From: Octopus bimaculoides
Taxonomy: Eukaryota
Assembly: GCF_001194135.2 (NCBI RefSeq)
Contig: NC_068983.1
Location: 104,279,758 to 104,343,757 of the forward strand
Length of the DNA: 64,000 nt
Direction: 5' to 3'
The notes under the pieces were generated by a model that saw only the letters and a list, made by a program, of their open reading frames with translations, was not told the origin of the DNA and searched no databases. Both the position numbers and the translations under genes were made by a program. Below are positions 26,601 to 38,416 of the stretch, piece after piece. Positions within the stretch are counted from its first letter, which is position 1. Each line of letters begins with the position of its first letter.

Positions 26601-29600
26601 AACTAAAGTGAAGATCAAATAAATAGTACATGTGTTTAATTAGCAAACAAAAAAAAAATTAATATTTCCTAAGTATAACACTACATAGTAATAATTACAA
26701 ATGAATGATCAGAAATGAATATCAATTAAGTGACTAACAGTTTTTGATTTAAAATCTTAATAAACCTAAATATATGGCAATGTCTTTTAACTTATCAATG
26801 AAACATTTAACAAAAGGCATCCCAATAACTAGAAAAGATCATGAAGGTTAACTAAGATACTTGCTTGAATGTAAACATTCCGATTGTGAAAACTGTTATT
26901 ACATTGGAAATACACAAATACTTTACAAACACTTTGTATTATACTTTACTCACCATCAGCTTTTGTCCAGCAAACAGAGGATGTAAAACGGCCATCCTCT
27001 TTCAGTGATTCTTCAAACTGTCTAGTTCCACCTCCAACACCAAAATAGTAGTTTTTGGCAGCGATTAGACTTGAGAGTTAGTTAAGAATTAATATCATTC
27101 ATTTGTTTAATGTCCATTTTCCCATGCTAGCATGAGTTGGATGAATGCTTATTACTGAAGCATTATTTTATTGTCCTTCCTGTCACTAACCCATAAATAT
27201 TTTTCAAGTAGTACAGCACTACATGATGTTTTGTTAACAAGAAATGTCAACATGTCATCATTTCATATAAATGATTTCATGCAAAGATATGGAATATAAC
27301 TGTTCACACAGACACACACATACATTTATGCTCAGAATGATGAGATGGGTGGTGGAAAATTTCATTTTCCACTAACCATTATGATTTTATATAAATCTTT
27401 TATATTTGTGCAACCAAATGTATTGATTGATGTAACATCTCCACTAATTATCAACATGATTGGAACTGATTAATAAATGTAAATTCATCACCTGCATTTA
27501 TTTGTTTACATTTATTACCTGTGATGGATGCACCATTCTGTTAATCAATACATATCCTTGGATGTACAGTTTGTATGGAGCGTCTCTTTTGAAATAACTA
27601 ACTACTAATTTTAATTTTCCTTCATTTACATTCAGTTTGCTTGAATTTTCCATGAGGTACTTGCTACTCACAAGTATTGGCTGACTTGAGGCTTCTGTAA
27701 AAGACATTTACATATAAGGTGCCAAGGAATGAGACAGAACTATATGGTTACAGAGTAAATTCTGTGTCCACACAACCATACATGCACTTCTTTATATCAT
27801 ATCACATAATACTATATTGCACTGATGATGATGATGATGGTGGTAGCCATGATGGCGTTGATTAGAAGAAAACAAAGGATACATGTAACCATTTTCTTTT
27901 AGTAAGAAATCAAATATGTTGATCAGTTTCTGGTAATTTTTGGTGTTGTAAATTGTTTCTGCAGTCAATATTATGTCAAACCTACAACAAAAGAAATATT
28001 CTTTTCTACTCTAGGCACAAGGCCCGAAATTTGGGGGGGGGGGGTCCAGTCGATTAGATCGGTCCCCAGTGCGTAACTGGTACTTAATTTATCGACCCCA
28101 AAAGGATGAAAGGCAAAGTCGACCTTGGCGGAATCTGAACTCAGAACATAATGACAGACAAAAGACCACTAAGTATTTTGCCCAGTGTGCTAACATCTCT
28201 GCCAGCTTGCAGCCTACAACAAAAGAAATATTAAAGAAAAAAATGTTTAACCCTTTTCTTACTATTTTCTGTTGAACTACACTGCGTTTGTGTCAATTAA
28301 TTTTGAAAATAAGAAAGAATTTAGTAAAATGTCTTGAACATTATTAATATGATAATTGGAACATGAATTAACATGGAATTTTAATGGGAAGCGTTTTAAT
28401 TTAGATTACTTTATATAGGAAGTTTGTATTTTAGAAGCAGGGGAAGTCTTGGGCAGATTGGTATCAAAAGGGTTAAGTAAAAGATTGGGTTTACTTTCAG
28501 TACCCTCCTTAAGCATTTTATTAACAGTAGGGTATATGACAGTTTTTGTTCTTTTTTGTAAACAGTCTCTTTCTATGTTTCTGTATCTTCAAATGTTATT
28601 GCCAATCCAAAACTTTCCAAGACCAAGGTCTGATAACTTGTTATTGTTTAGCCCCTGGGTCACTCATGGTCAAACAGCCCTAGGAGCAAAAAGCATTGCA
28701 CTCATAGCCCTTACATGTTTTTGTATACCCAAGAATACATTTTCCAACATATCCTTCCTGCTTTTTTTTTAACATGATATAGCATGATACTGGGCTTCTA
28801 TCTCTAGCAGATGGAGTAATCACTGACTACAGTGGTAAGGGCTGTGCCTGTTACTTCAAACCAACAAGACCACAGGTGCTGGCAATATCCCTTCTGCTAT
28901 TCACCAAACTTTCTCTTTCTCTCTCTGTATATATTTATCTATCTGTGAAGGCACATGGCTCTCTGGTTAGCATGTCAGGCTCACAATCATGAGGTAGTGA
29001 GTTCAGTTCCTGCATGAGGCTGTGTGTTCTGTTCTTGAGCAAGACACTTTATTTCATGTTGCTCCAGTTCACTCAGCTGTAGAAATGAGTTGCAATATCA
29101 TTGGTGCTAAGCTGTATCAGCCTTTCCTTTGGATAACATCAGTGACATGGGGAGGGGAGGCTGGTATGCGTGGGCGACTTCTGGTCTTCCGTAAACAACC
29201 TTGCCCAGACTTGTGCCTCTGAGGAGAACTTTCTAGATGCAATTCCATGGTTATTCATGACCAAAGGGAATCTTTACCCTTTTTTTTTTAATCTATCTAT
29301 CTGGATCTTTCTTACTTTTTGGGAACACTACTACAGGGAGTCATATTTCCAGTAAATGCAATCCCTCATGTTCTGCTAACTATCAACCTATTTCTCTCAC
29401 TTCCATGTCCCTGGTTTGAAGATAACTTCCTCCCTTTCTCCCACTAGTCACAAAACCTTCCTCTGACTAAACCACTAAAAAAGTTATTGCAGTAAAAAAT
29501 AGTGGGCTAACACTTTGAAATTCAAGAGTTCTAAACAGTACCAATGGTAAGATGTGAACTGTAAATCCATACATGAGACAATTATTCTAACAACTTAGTT

Positions 29601-32600
29601 AGCTACAAAACATGAAATGTTTAATAAAAGTTCCAAAATGGTAACAGGTACTGTATTGGGAAAGGGACATCTGTACCTTTACTTACTTCTGCAGAGAAAT
29701 GGTAGAATGAGTAACAGCTTGTGGAAGGCTACCCCAGCCTCCACTAAAAAGATAACATCTTTCTCTTTCTTCATAGCAATTGAGCAAAATGTTTGGAAGC
29801 GTTAATTTGGTGAGCACTTCACTGTTCTGTAAAATAAATTGATATTTTTATACTTTTGATATATTTTAAATAAAATTTTTATTTTTTTTTATTTTGTTTT
29901 AACCCTTTAACATTTAATCCAACCATATCTAGCCCAAATATTCTACTTGTTTTATGTTAAAAGTGACCAGATCCAATCTCTCACTTCTACTCTAAAATGT
30001 CATTCTAAAAATATACAAACACACCACTGAAATCTTGAAGTTACAAGATAATGCATGATTAATTCAAGACAATGTGAATAAATAAACAATTCATTTGAAA
30101 AAGAAATCAGAATGCTAAAGGATTAAACTGCAAATGTAAAAATCTTCACACTGAAATATATGTATGCCAGTTTAAATGTATGTTAATGTGTGTGTGTTTG
30201 TTTAATGTACTCATTATATACTGTTTCATCTTAGCTTCACATGGTGTATATAGTGTAATGTATAGTATGCATTGTACCTAATAACAGTAATATTCAGTAA
30301 TCCAGTATATCTCATACTGACCTATCACAATAGTATGTCATGCAGTGCTAAAAGTCACATTGACCTGCCCTGGGAGTAGACGTCATACAATGTTATAAGT
30401 CATGTTGAGCTATCCAAACAAGATGTTTCTTATGATATGATGTCATATATCTTAAATATGCCACATCTCTTTTGTTTAGGTTCAATTTATAAACACCTAG
30501 TATGCTACTGGTATTTTTATCAGAAATGTGAAAACTGAACTAACTACTGTAAATCACCAAATCTGATCCTTTCTCATCAGCAATACTACCAGTGTCTTGC
30601 ATTCACTGATAATAACCAGATAAATAAACTGTATGTTTTATATATAGGCCTACAGTGATAGGTATAACATGATTCTACTATTTCATTCAATAAAAGTTAA
30701 TTTGATAAATTTTATAGTTTATTTCAGGCAGACACTGGAAAAAGATTTTAAACTATATTAAAAATTGTTTAACAGATTCTGTTTATTAAACAAACATATT
30801 CAAAGAGAAAATCAACAAAAATTTTGTCATGGACACATTTTGAATTTTTTTTTTCTAATTTAAATTATGTATGTGATGAAATTAAAAGCAAAAGATTACA
30901 TTTCTTAAATACACACACACACATTTGGTTTTTCTTGATATATTTAGAACTTCACTTTGAAGCATGATCTCAAAATGTAATGACAAGGAACCAGGATGTC
31001 TGGTGACATGAGATTCTTGGAAGACCCATACAAACTAAATTCTGGAAGCGCTATGTGTATGTATACATACATAAATTAGGGCCCTTTGCCCAATGTCTCC
31101 CTCAAGACACCCCCACCACACATCATCTCTCTAACTGCAGTATTTTCTTGATACCACTAATCTTCTTCAATCCCCAGAATCATTTCATTTGATATACATC
31201 CCTCATCTTTAATACTGTCCTCTTTCCCACACTATTTTTACACTTCCTTCCCCCTGCCTGAGTCACCAAATCATCTCACCTTCTCCACCACCATACATTT
31301 CTCACTCCCCCCACGCACTATACCAGCCTCTCTCCCATACCCACTTTCACAACTACCCCACCCCAAACCATGTCATATCTCTCTCTCTCTCTCTCATACT
31401 TCCTTTGTCTATTGTACCATCATTACTATTATTCTACTACACTTCACACCCATGCATCATTAGTCACCCTCCACTCTTTATCAACCATTCACTGCATCCA
31501 TCTCTCATCCCTTCCAAGTTTCTACAGTTGTCACCTACTTTTCCCTACCTACCCCACTTAACATCCACTCAACACTTGTTCTTCATTCATTATATTCAAC
31601 CCTTCAACCATTCTCCTCCCTCATTCCCCCATACACCCTTGCAACCTTTATCCACCCACACTCCCATTTCTCCTGCCTTTATTCACACCTACTTAGCTTG
31701 TACCTTGAGGGTCCACACAGACACCCCATTACTGTTATTTTTATCACTTCCTCACTGCATTCTGATTAATCCCCCACACCCTCTATATTGAATGGGAGCA
31801 GCCATGTAGTCCCTCCACAACAAGAAACTTATTCACCTCTGACCCCTTCCCTCATACTTTAATCCCTCATCTCCTAGCATAAAACTGCTTCTCTCAGGAT
31901 TCATAGCTATGCAAGCTGTATGGCACCCTCTCTAGTCCTGGCATTATTCAAAAAACATTAAGCATACAAACTGTAAAATAGCTGACATTAGCTAAGTGCA
32001 TCCAGCCACAAAAACCAAGCCAAAGTAGGTAAGTAAAGTAAAGTTACCTTCTCAGGTCATACCAACTGATAAGGGCCAATTTCCCAGTTTCATAATGTAT
32101 ATATTCTACACCTGGATGGAACGCCAGTCCATCATAGGAATAGTCATTTTTGCCAGCTGAGTGGACCGGAGCAATGGGATATGAAGTATTTTGCTCAAGA
32201 ATACAATGCATTGCCTGGTCCAGGAATCAAAACCATAATTTTATGATCATGAGTCCAGCATCCTAACTACTAAGCTATGCACCTCCACAAGCCAAAGTAG
32301 ACAGTAAATACAAGGTTTTTACCAGTTCAAATAAACTTGGGGTATATTTGAACCCATAAGAAAGTCATTCACTGTGCTTTGTCATGGAGAAAATTTCTCG
32401 CTGTAGACAAATGGTGTAAGTACACCTAAAATTAGCTCTCAGCACCACCTACCTGCAAGAAAGCTATAAAGTGAACAGCTTTCTTATGGGTTCGAATATA
32501 CCCCATGTATATTAGAACTGGTAATAGCCTTGTATTTATATATAACACTGCTTAGTGTTGCCATCCTGTAAAGCATAGTGGAGCACAATGCAATCCTTCA

Positions 32601-35600
32601 GTCCAGCCATCTAGCCCATGGAACATGAACGTATGATGATGATGATGATGACGACGACTTAAAACATCTCATCTTGTGCTGCATCGTCACGACCACTGCA
32701 ATGTCCACAGTGATTATGAATCTGAAACAATCAACCAAAGAAAGATAAACACCCTGTCTACTATGAAAGAATAAATACATGCTATGCTTGAGAAGACCCA
32801 TCAAGACAAGTGATACCGGTGTCGGTGTCACATAACTGGCATGTAAATAGCATCTTTTGAGCAGTGGGCCTCATAGAGGCAAAGGCAAATGACTGGGATC
32901 TTTGGCAATAAGCCATGCTTGAGCAGAAGACCCATCAAACCAAGTAAAATCATAGTTGTGACAGATATTAGTGTCACATAACTGGCACCTGTGCTGGTGG
33001 CACATAAAAGCACCCAATACTCTCACGGACTGGTTGGCATTAGGAAGGGCAGCCAGCCATAGAAACCACTCCAACTCAGACTGGAGTCTAGTGCATCCCC
33101 TCAGCTCACCAGTCCTGGTCAAACTGTCCAATCAATGCCAGCATGGACAATGGACGTTAAACGATGATGATGATGAAGCTACAATTACATTATGCCATTG
33201 ATTGACCAGTTAACAGAATGTGACCCAGTATGTTATGTCACATTTTCCTTTTGTAACAACATGTAACTTACTACAAGTCTGAGTTAAAGGCAGTTAGAAC
33301 CTACCATTCTTTTATCTTTTACTTGTTTCATTCATTAGAAGGTGACCATGCTGGGGCACCACCTTCAAGAATTTTAGTCTGACCTAACGACCCCAGTACT
33401 TATTATTTTTTGGTAAAGCCCGGTACTTATTCTAACAATCTTTTTTCTTGAACTGCTAAGTTACAGGGACATAAACACACCAACATCAGTAGTCAAGCAA
33501 CGGGAGGGGGGAAAATACATGCACTAAGACACACACACACACATACATATACGATGAGCTTTTTTCAGTTTACGTCTACCAAATCTGCTCACAAGGCTTT
33601 GATCAGAACACACTTGCCTTAGGTGTCAGTCCCGCTTTTGGTTATATTATTATATGTAGTGCTAATATTGTTACAAATAACACAAATAAAAAGAAATCAT
33701 ACATATAATACAAATACTTACAAAATCTTGGAAGAGTACAGTGCTAGCACCTTTTTTCAGTGCACACAGTCCTGGTAATCCTGCACCACAACCAATCTGT
33801 GAAGAAATGTTTACAGTTAGATTTTAGTTACATTCATAGATTCCACTTTTTAATCTGTGTCCTATGATGAAATGTTGTAAATGTATTATTGTGGAATGCA
33901 CTGAGTAGACAGTTTATTGAATGAACTACTCAAACGTACACACAGCAAAATCAACACAAGAATTCATTACCGATATATATATATATATTTGTGATAAGTG
34001 GGGATTAACTTTAATGCATAAAATAATACCTACCTCAGCTACTGATGATCCAGAAAGCGTTTCATTACTTATATATTTTGTAAGATCTATGCTGCATTCC
34101 CAAATCTGAAGTCCACCTAAATTGAAAAAAAAGTTCTATGTATTTGTGAGCAAGCAATCACACACAAACACACACATACATACACAGAGGCACAAGAGTA
34201 GCTGTGTGGTAAGAAGTTTGCTTCCCAATCTCTGGGTTCAGTCCCACTGTGTGGTACCTTTGACAAGTATCTTCTACTATAGCCTTGGGCCAACCAAAAC
34301 TTTGTGAGTGGATTTGGTAAATGGAACCTGAAAGAAGCCCATTATGTACATGTGTGTGTGTGTGCAAGCATGTATGGTGGGGTCATTGGGTCTGTGTTTG
34401 TCCACCACCACCACTTGACAACCAGTGTTGATGTGTTTATGTCCCCATAATTTAGTGGTTCAGCAAAAAAGACCAATAGAATATGTGCCAGGCTTAAAAA
34501 AGAAATATTGGGATTGATTCATTTGACTAAAAATTCTCCAAGGTGGTACCCCAGTATGACTACAGTTTAATGACTGGAACAAGATAAAAGATATATACAT
34601 ATACATATATATATAGGAAGGACATACATTTACTAGCATGGAAAAACAGATATAAAAATGAATGAATGACAGGCATGGCTTATAAGCGTGCACATGAATG
34701 CATGATTAAGATTTCTTCACTGCATGGTATCTTGTGTGTCTTCTATTGCCCTAGGCCAAATGAAGCCTTGTAAGTGGATTTAGTAATGGATTCATAAAAG
34801 TTAAAATGTCTGCCAATTTGCAAATTGCTACCACTGTGTGTATGGCTTTTTATTACATTGAATTTTGCTCCAATGTAATAGTGTCATCTCTTTTGCAGCA
34901 GAAGCATTTGAGGTACAAACATTTTACCTTTATCCCCTACATTTGTTAAGGGCAAAATATATAACAACAAGGAAAATAGTTGTATTTGAAAATACCCAAA
35001 GAACTGCAGTTGATTATGCCCATAATGACAGCCAAAAAAAAAAAAAAAACTAACTGATGATGAGTTATCAGAGCACAAGACATTTTTAGGTTTTGTTTCA
35101 AGCATCAAATCATATCAAACCATTTGAATTTAGTCTCAAAATAAATTTTTTAAATGGTTTAATCCTATAATTCATATATTCAAATATGCACATCTCTCTC
35201 ACTGCTGGTCTCTCTTGATACCACTTTATTTTTCTTGCTGCCTGAAACCATTTCACTTGATAGACATTCTACATCCATTAATATCATTCTCTCTGCTCAT
35301 GTTACACTGATCATTGCCACTGAACCATCAAATTCTCTCTCCTTATGCACTATGCAAAGTACATTAGTGACAATGAAATAGAAATTATATCTTTCAGTTC
35401 TTAATCTTATGATACCACGTCCCAAAACATTGATGAATGGCTGTGGCTAGAAAATGTAACTGAATATTTCATTAGCTATCTATACACCATGTTTACACAA
35501 GCAGAGCTATCTGTGGCAACTCAACAATATTTTAAACAATTTCATATAATCTTAGTCAAGTTGTCAATTTTTTTAATGACTTGAAAATGCACTTCCTCGA

Positions 35601-37537
35601 TGCTAAAAAAATATGAACAAAAAAAAATACTTACCTTCATATTTATTTGGAATCAGATCACTCTGGTTATGTAAAGCTTCTTTTAAGGGTGTGATTTCAG
35701 AATTTTCACTATTCTCTTTTAAAATAATTTCTATATGTTTTGGACTGATGCTCATAAGTGTTGAAGTTTCATTGAAATCGTACGCAATTGTATTTGGATT
35801 TTTACATGGTGTCTAAAAAAAGAAAAATTAATTATAACAGTGAGAGAGAAAATGGAGATCTTAGTAACAGATTAAAAGTGATTCGGAATTTATATACAGC
35901 AAGGATACAATTCATTTGGCTACTATAATAATACCAGTCTGTACCCTCTCCCACATATCTGAACGACAGTGATAGCTTTATTTCATCTCCGATTTCTCTA
36001 CGCGTCCTGATAAAGGGATCCTAACACCAAAATATCAAAATACAAAGTAAAACGGATCTATTTTAAATAAAATAGATCCAGTAAAACTCCAACTGTTGTC
36101 TTGTCTTCACTTTTGCATTTCATTTCGCATTCTTTGAGCCTTAATAAGTTTTTGTCATTAATGAAGTCTCACATAATTTCTATTTCTTGCATTTAAACAG
36201 AACATATAAACAACAGCGAGACATAGACACTGAGTGTAAAAGATCTGTCAAGTTTGATATTTTTGCTGTGTAAAGTAACTCGCATCAAAGTTGAGTACAA
36301 ATCAACCAATGGTTGCAAGGGAGACAACTGCATTGGTATAGATGTGATTTAAAATGGATATTGAATTGCTAGTCGAAAGTGTCATTTACAGACCGCATAA
36401 GATACTAATGAAAAGTAACGAGATCACCCAATCTTAAGCTGCCAGGCCTCACAAATGATATGATGCAGGTCAGATATAAAAAATCATGCTAATACGGAAA
36501 AATGCATGTTAGAACATTGATGAACATATTCTCGTACTTGTTTCAGTCATTAGACTGCGCTCATGCTGGAGCACCGCCTTGAAGAATTTTAGTATAATGA
36601 ATTGACCCCAATACTTTTTTTTTTAATTTTTTAAGCCTGGTACTTATTCTATCGGCCTTTTTTTTGCCGAACAGCGATGTTAAGAGGACGTAAACATACC
36701 GACACAAGTTGTCAAGCGGTGGTGGGAGACAAACACATACACATATCGGTGGCGTATGGTAGTTGCTGTACTGGGTGTGCTGCCACACCCAATGCTACTA
36801 AATTTCGAGGAGGGGTATAACAAAAATTTTTCATTAAGATTTATGATTGAATTAATGAGAATTTGCCATTTTTGATGGGTGCGCAGTGCACACTTAGCAC
36901 ACCTGGAATATACGCCGCTTATATATATGTATATAAGATGGGTTTCTTTCAGTTTCCATCTACTGAATCCACTCCCAAGGCTTTGGTTGGCCCGAGGCTA
37001 TAGTAGAAGACACTTGCCCAAGGTGTCACGCACTGGGGCTGAACCCGGTACCATGTCGTTGGGATGCAAGCTTCTTACCAAACTTCGCTGCAAGTTTGGT
37101 GGGATGCAAGCTTCTTACCAAACTTCGCTGCAAGTTTATTTCTGGAATGAAATGTACTGAAGCATCTTTAAAAATAACAACATTGTAGATTAAAGATTGC
37201 GTATGAATTAGTTTTGGTAGAGCAACAAAAATATGGAAGATCAAGAGGTTCTACGTGATAGGGTGAGATAGATCTGAAGTTAACAGTATAAGCATATAAA
37301 ATCAAATGAAACAAGAAAATGTGTAGTCTATAGATATTTAGAAATTGTGGCAAATACTGAAAAGTAGACTAAAACAAAAATAAAATTACGGAGGTGTGGC
37401 TGCGTAGTAAAAAGCTTGGTTCCCAACCACATGGTTCCAGGTTCAATCCCACTTGGGCAAGTGTCTTCTATTATAGCCTCAAGCCGACCAAAGCTTTGTG
37501 AGTGGATTTGCTAGACGGAAACTGAAAGAAGCTCATC

Positions 37538-37588
<51 letters not shown>

Positions 37589-38262
37589 GTGTGAGTGTTT
37601 GTCCCCACACCCCACCATGACCTCTTGACAACCGGTGTTGGTGTGTTTACTTTCACGTAACTTAACGGTTCGGCGGCAAAAGAGACCGATAGAATAAGTA
37701 CTAGGTTTTAAAAATAAGTCCTATGGTCGATTTGTTTGACTAAAAATCAAAAACCTTCAAGGCGGTGCTCCAACATGGCCGCCATCAAATGACTAAAACA
37801 AGTAAAAGAATCAATATCTTTTTTTTTTTTTTTTACCAGATGTTTCCAATCCAATTTCATTTCAATAGCAGGTATTTCTTCTTCATCTTGATCAGGTGAT
37901 TCTGAAATAAATTTTAAAATATTTGAATTTATTGAGATATAAAGTGAGAACATATTTGTATAAAATTATCTCTGAGATCAACAACAGTACAGAGGTGTGA
38001 TAACATTATGTAGACAGTACATTGTGGAGATCAACTTTCATCAAAGAACTAAAACACTTTCTAGCAGGTAGCGCGACTTCGTAAAAGTTTCCTAGTTGAT
38101 TTGAGTAGGATCTGAAGCAAAACTTGTGTGTATGGGGAATTATTTACATAAAAGTCTCTAATAAACAACCGAATTACCTTTTTCCGTTGAAACACTACCA
38201 GTTTTTCCATGCTGATTTTCATTATCAGCTTCAGGATTCGGGAAATTGAAACAAAACGACAT
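23656..38262 (-). CDS. METTL18: Histidine protein methyltransferase 1 homolog (METTL18/Hpm1), 9 coding exons, 885 nt, 294 aa
   Basis: Exons 38262-38178, 37901-37837, 35812-35635, 34116-34034, 33796-33722, 29826-29687, 27981-27883, 27069-26954, 23699-23656. All introns are GT-AG and phases join to one ORF. Motifs MSFCFNF, SDLIPNKYEGGLQIWECS, EIGCGAGLPG, FQDFN, FDIILTAETIYN and AAKNYYFGVGGG match the METTL18 family as recalled (human MTFQFNF, SDLITGVYEGGLKIWEC, YDLILTSETIYN, YFGVGGG). Confidence 0.95.
23763..24559 (-). mobile_element. 5'-truncated CR1/L2-clade LINE, RT C-terminal ORF of 214 aa plus 3' UTR with (ATT)n tail
   Basis: ERDLGIIVDSNL, PHLEFASPVWNP, QRATKRI, TRGH and FF..RV...WNKLP motifs. 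Confidence 0.9.
24985..25180 (-). mobile_element. tRNA-derived SINE, family C
   Basis: Reverse copy. Confidence 0.75.
25190..26224 (+). mobile_element. RTE LINE 3' end (ORF tail, repeat-containing 3' UTR, (GAT)n tail)
   Basis: MLHGSETWAMT...RRLHWYGHV; ends GTTAAACGATGATGATG. Confidence 0.9.
26954..27069 (-). CDS. METTL18: METTL18 coding exon 8
   Basis: ctcaag|T...G|gtgagt; LIAAKNYYFGVGGGTRQFEESLKEDGRF. Confidence 0.95.
27883..27981 (-). CDS. METTL18: METTL18 coding exon 7
   Basis: ttgtag|G...AT|gtatcc; FDIILTAETIYNTKNYQKLINIFDFLLKENGY. Confidence 0.95.
28001..28212 (-). mobile_element. tRNA-derived SINE, family C, with 20-bp TSD
   Basis: CCTACAACAAAAGAAATATT at 27981-28000 and 28213-28232. 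Confidence 0.92.
28247..28476. mobile_element. piggyBac-type MITE
   Basis: TTAA|CCCTTT...AAAGGG|TTAA. Confidence 0.75.
28946..29280 (+). mobile_element. tRNA-derived SINE, family D
   Basis: TGGTTAG A box, GAGTTCAGTTCC, CTTGAGCAAGACACTTT core. Confidence 0.75.
29687..29826 (-). CDS. METTL18: METTL18 coding exon 6
   Basis: ttacag|AAC...AA|gtaagt; NSEVLTKLTLPNILLNC...FSGGWGSL. Confidence 0.93.
29899..30126. mobile_element. piggyBac-type MITE
   Basis: TTAA|CCCTTTA...CTAAAGGA|TTAA; internal similarity to 62170 copy. Confidence 0.7.
31090..31870 (-). mobile_element. Highly degraded RTE-like fragment
   Basis: Pyrimidine-rich plus strand; minus-strand LMMHGCEV similar to MLYGSETW. Confidence 0.5.
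32020..32287 (-). mobile_element. tRNA-derived SINE, family D-like
   Basis: Reverse head TGGAGGTGCATAGCTTAGTAGTTAG, CTTGAGCAAAATAC core. Confidence 0.7.
32309..32534. mobile_element. TA-flanked MITE, about 65-bp imperfect TIRs
   Basis: TA|CAAGG...ACCAGTTC...GAACCCATAAGAAAG mirrored at the right end ...CCTTG|TA. Confidence 0.7.
32700..33176 (+). mobile_element. RTE 3'-end copy
   Basis: 3' UTR motifs and (GAT)n tail. Confidence 0.75.
33308..33630 (-). mobile_element. tRNA-derived SINE, family B
   Basis: Reverse copy, about 90 bp from METTL18 exon 5 donor. Confidence 0.85.
33722..33796 (-). CDS. METTL18: METTL18 coding exon 5 (SAM-binding motif I)
   Basis: tcacag|ATT...TTT|gtaagt; IGCGAGLPGLCALKKGASTVLFQDF. 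Confidence 0.95.
34034..34116 (-). CDS. METTL18: METTL18 coding exon 4
   Basis: atttag|GT...GAG|gtaggt; GGLQIWECSIDLTKYISNETLSGSSVAE. Confidence 0.95.
34196..34590 (+). mobile_element. tRNA-derived SINE, family B
   Basis: Forward copy, about 80 bp from METTL18 exon 4 acceptor. Confidence 0.85.
35635..35812 (-). CDS. METTL18: METTL18 coding exon 3
   Basis: tttttag|ACA...GAA G|gtaagt; ends SDLIPNKYEG. Confidence 0.93.
36530..37080 (-). mobile_element. tRNA-derived SINE, family B, split by a nested MITE
   Basis: 3' part 36530-36745, 5' part 36921-37080. Confidence 0.8.
36747..36920. mobile_element. hAT-like MITE nested in SINE
   Basis: CGGTGGCGTAT...ATACGCCGCTT termini; imperfect 8-bp flanks ACACATAT/ATATATAT. 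Confidence 0.5.
37390..37810 (+). mobile_element. tRNA-derived SINE, family B, with canonical B box
   Basis: GTTCAATCCC at 37441-37450; internal (TA)n. Confidence 0.88.
37837..37901 (-). CDS. METTL18: METTL18 coding exon 2
   Basis: tttcag|AA...CTG|gtaaaa; ESPDQDEEEIPAIEMKLDWKHL. Confidence 0.85.
38178..38262 (-). CDS. METTL18: METTL18 coding exon 1
   Basis: ATG at 38262; MSFCFNFPNPEADNENQHGKTGSVSTEK; donor G|gtaatt, phase 1. Confidence 0.88.
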
Positions 38263-38416
38263 AGAATGTATTAGATATATTCCACTGGCACAAACAAAAC
38301 ATTAAGCACGTGTAAAGGCACCGGTAACTACTCATTAAAACGCCTCTTTCTATTGGTTAACTTGCGTAAGTCGACCAATCAGAGATATTGTTCTAATCAT
38401 CTTTAGTTGGTTAAAA
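38263..38416. promoter_or_regulatory. Bidirectional promoter / 5' UTRs shared by METTL18 and GTF3C4
   Basis: 154 bp between divergent ATGs; oppositely oriented CCAAT boxes, ATTGG at 38352-38356 and CCAAT at 38375-38379. Confidence 0.75.

Noticed and set aside
36054-36079. 26-bp palindrome GGATCTATTTTA-AA-TAAAATAGATCC
   Set aside because: Short, AT-rich and isolated; no functional context.
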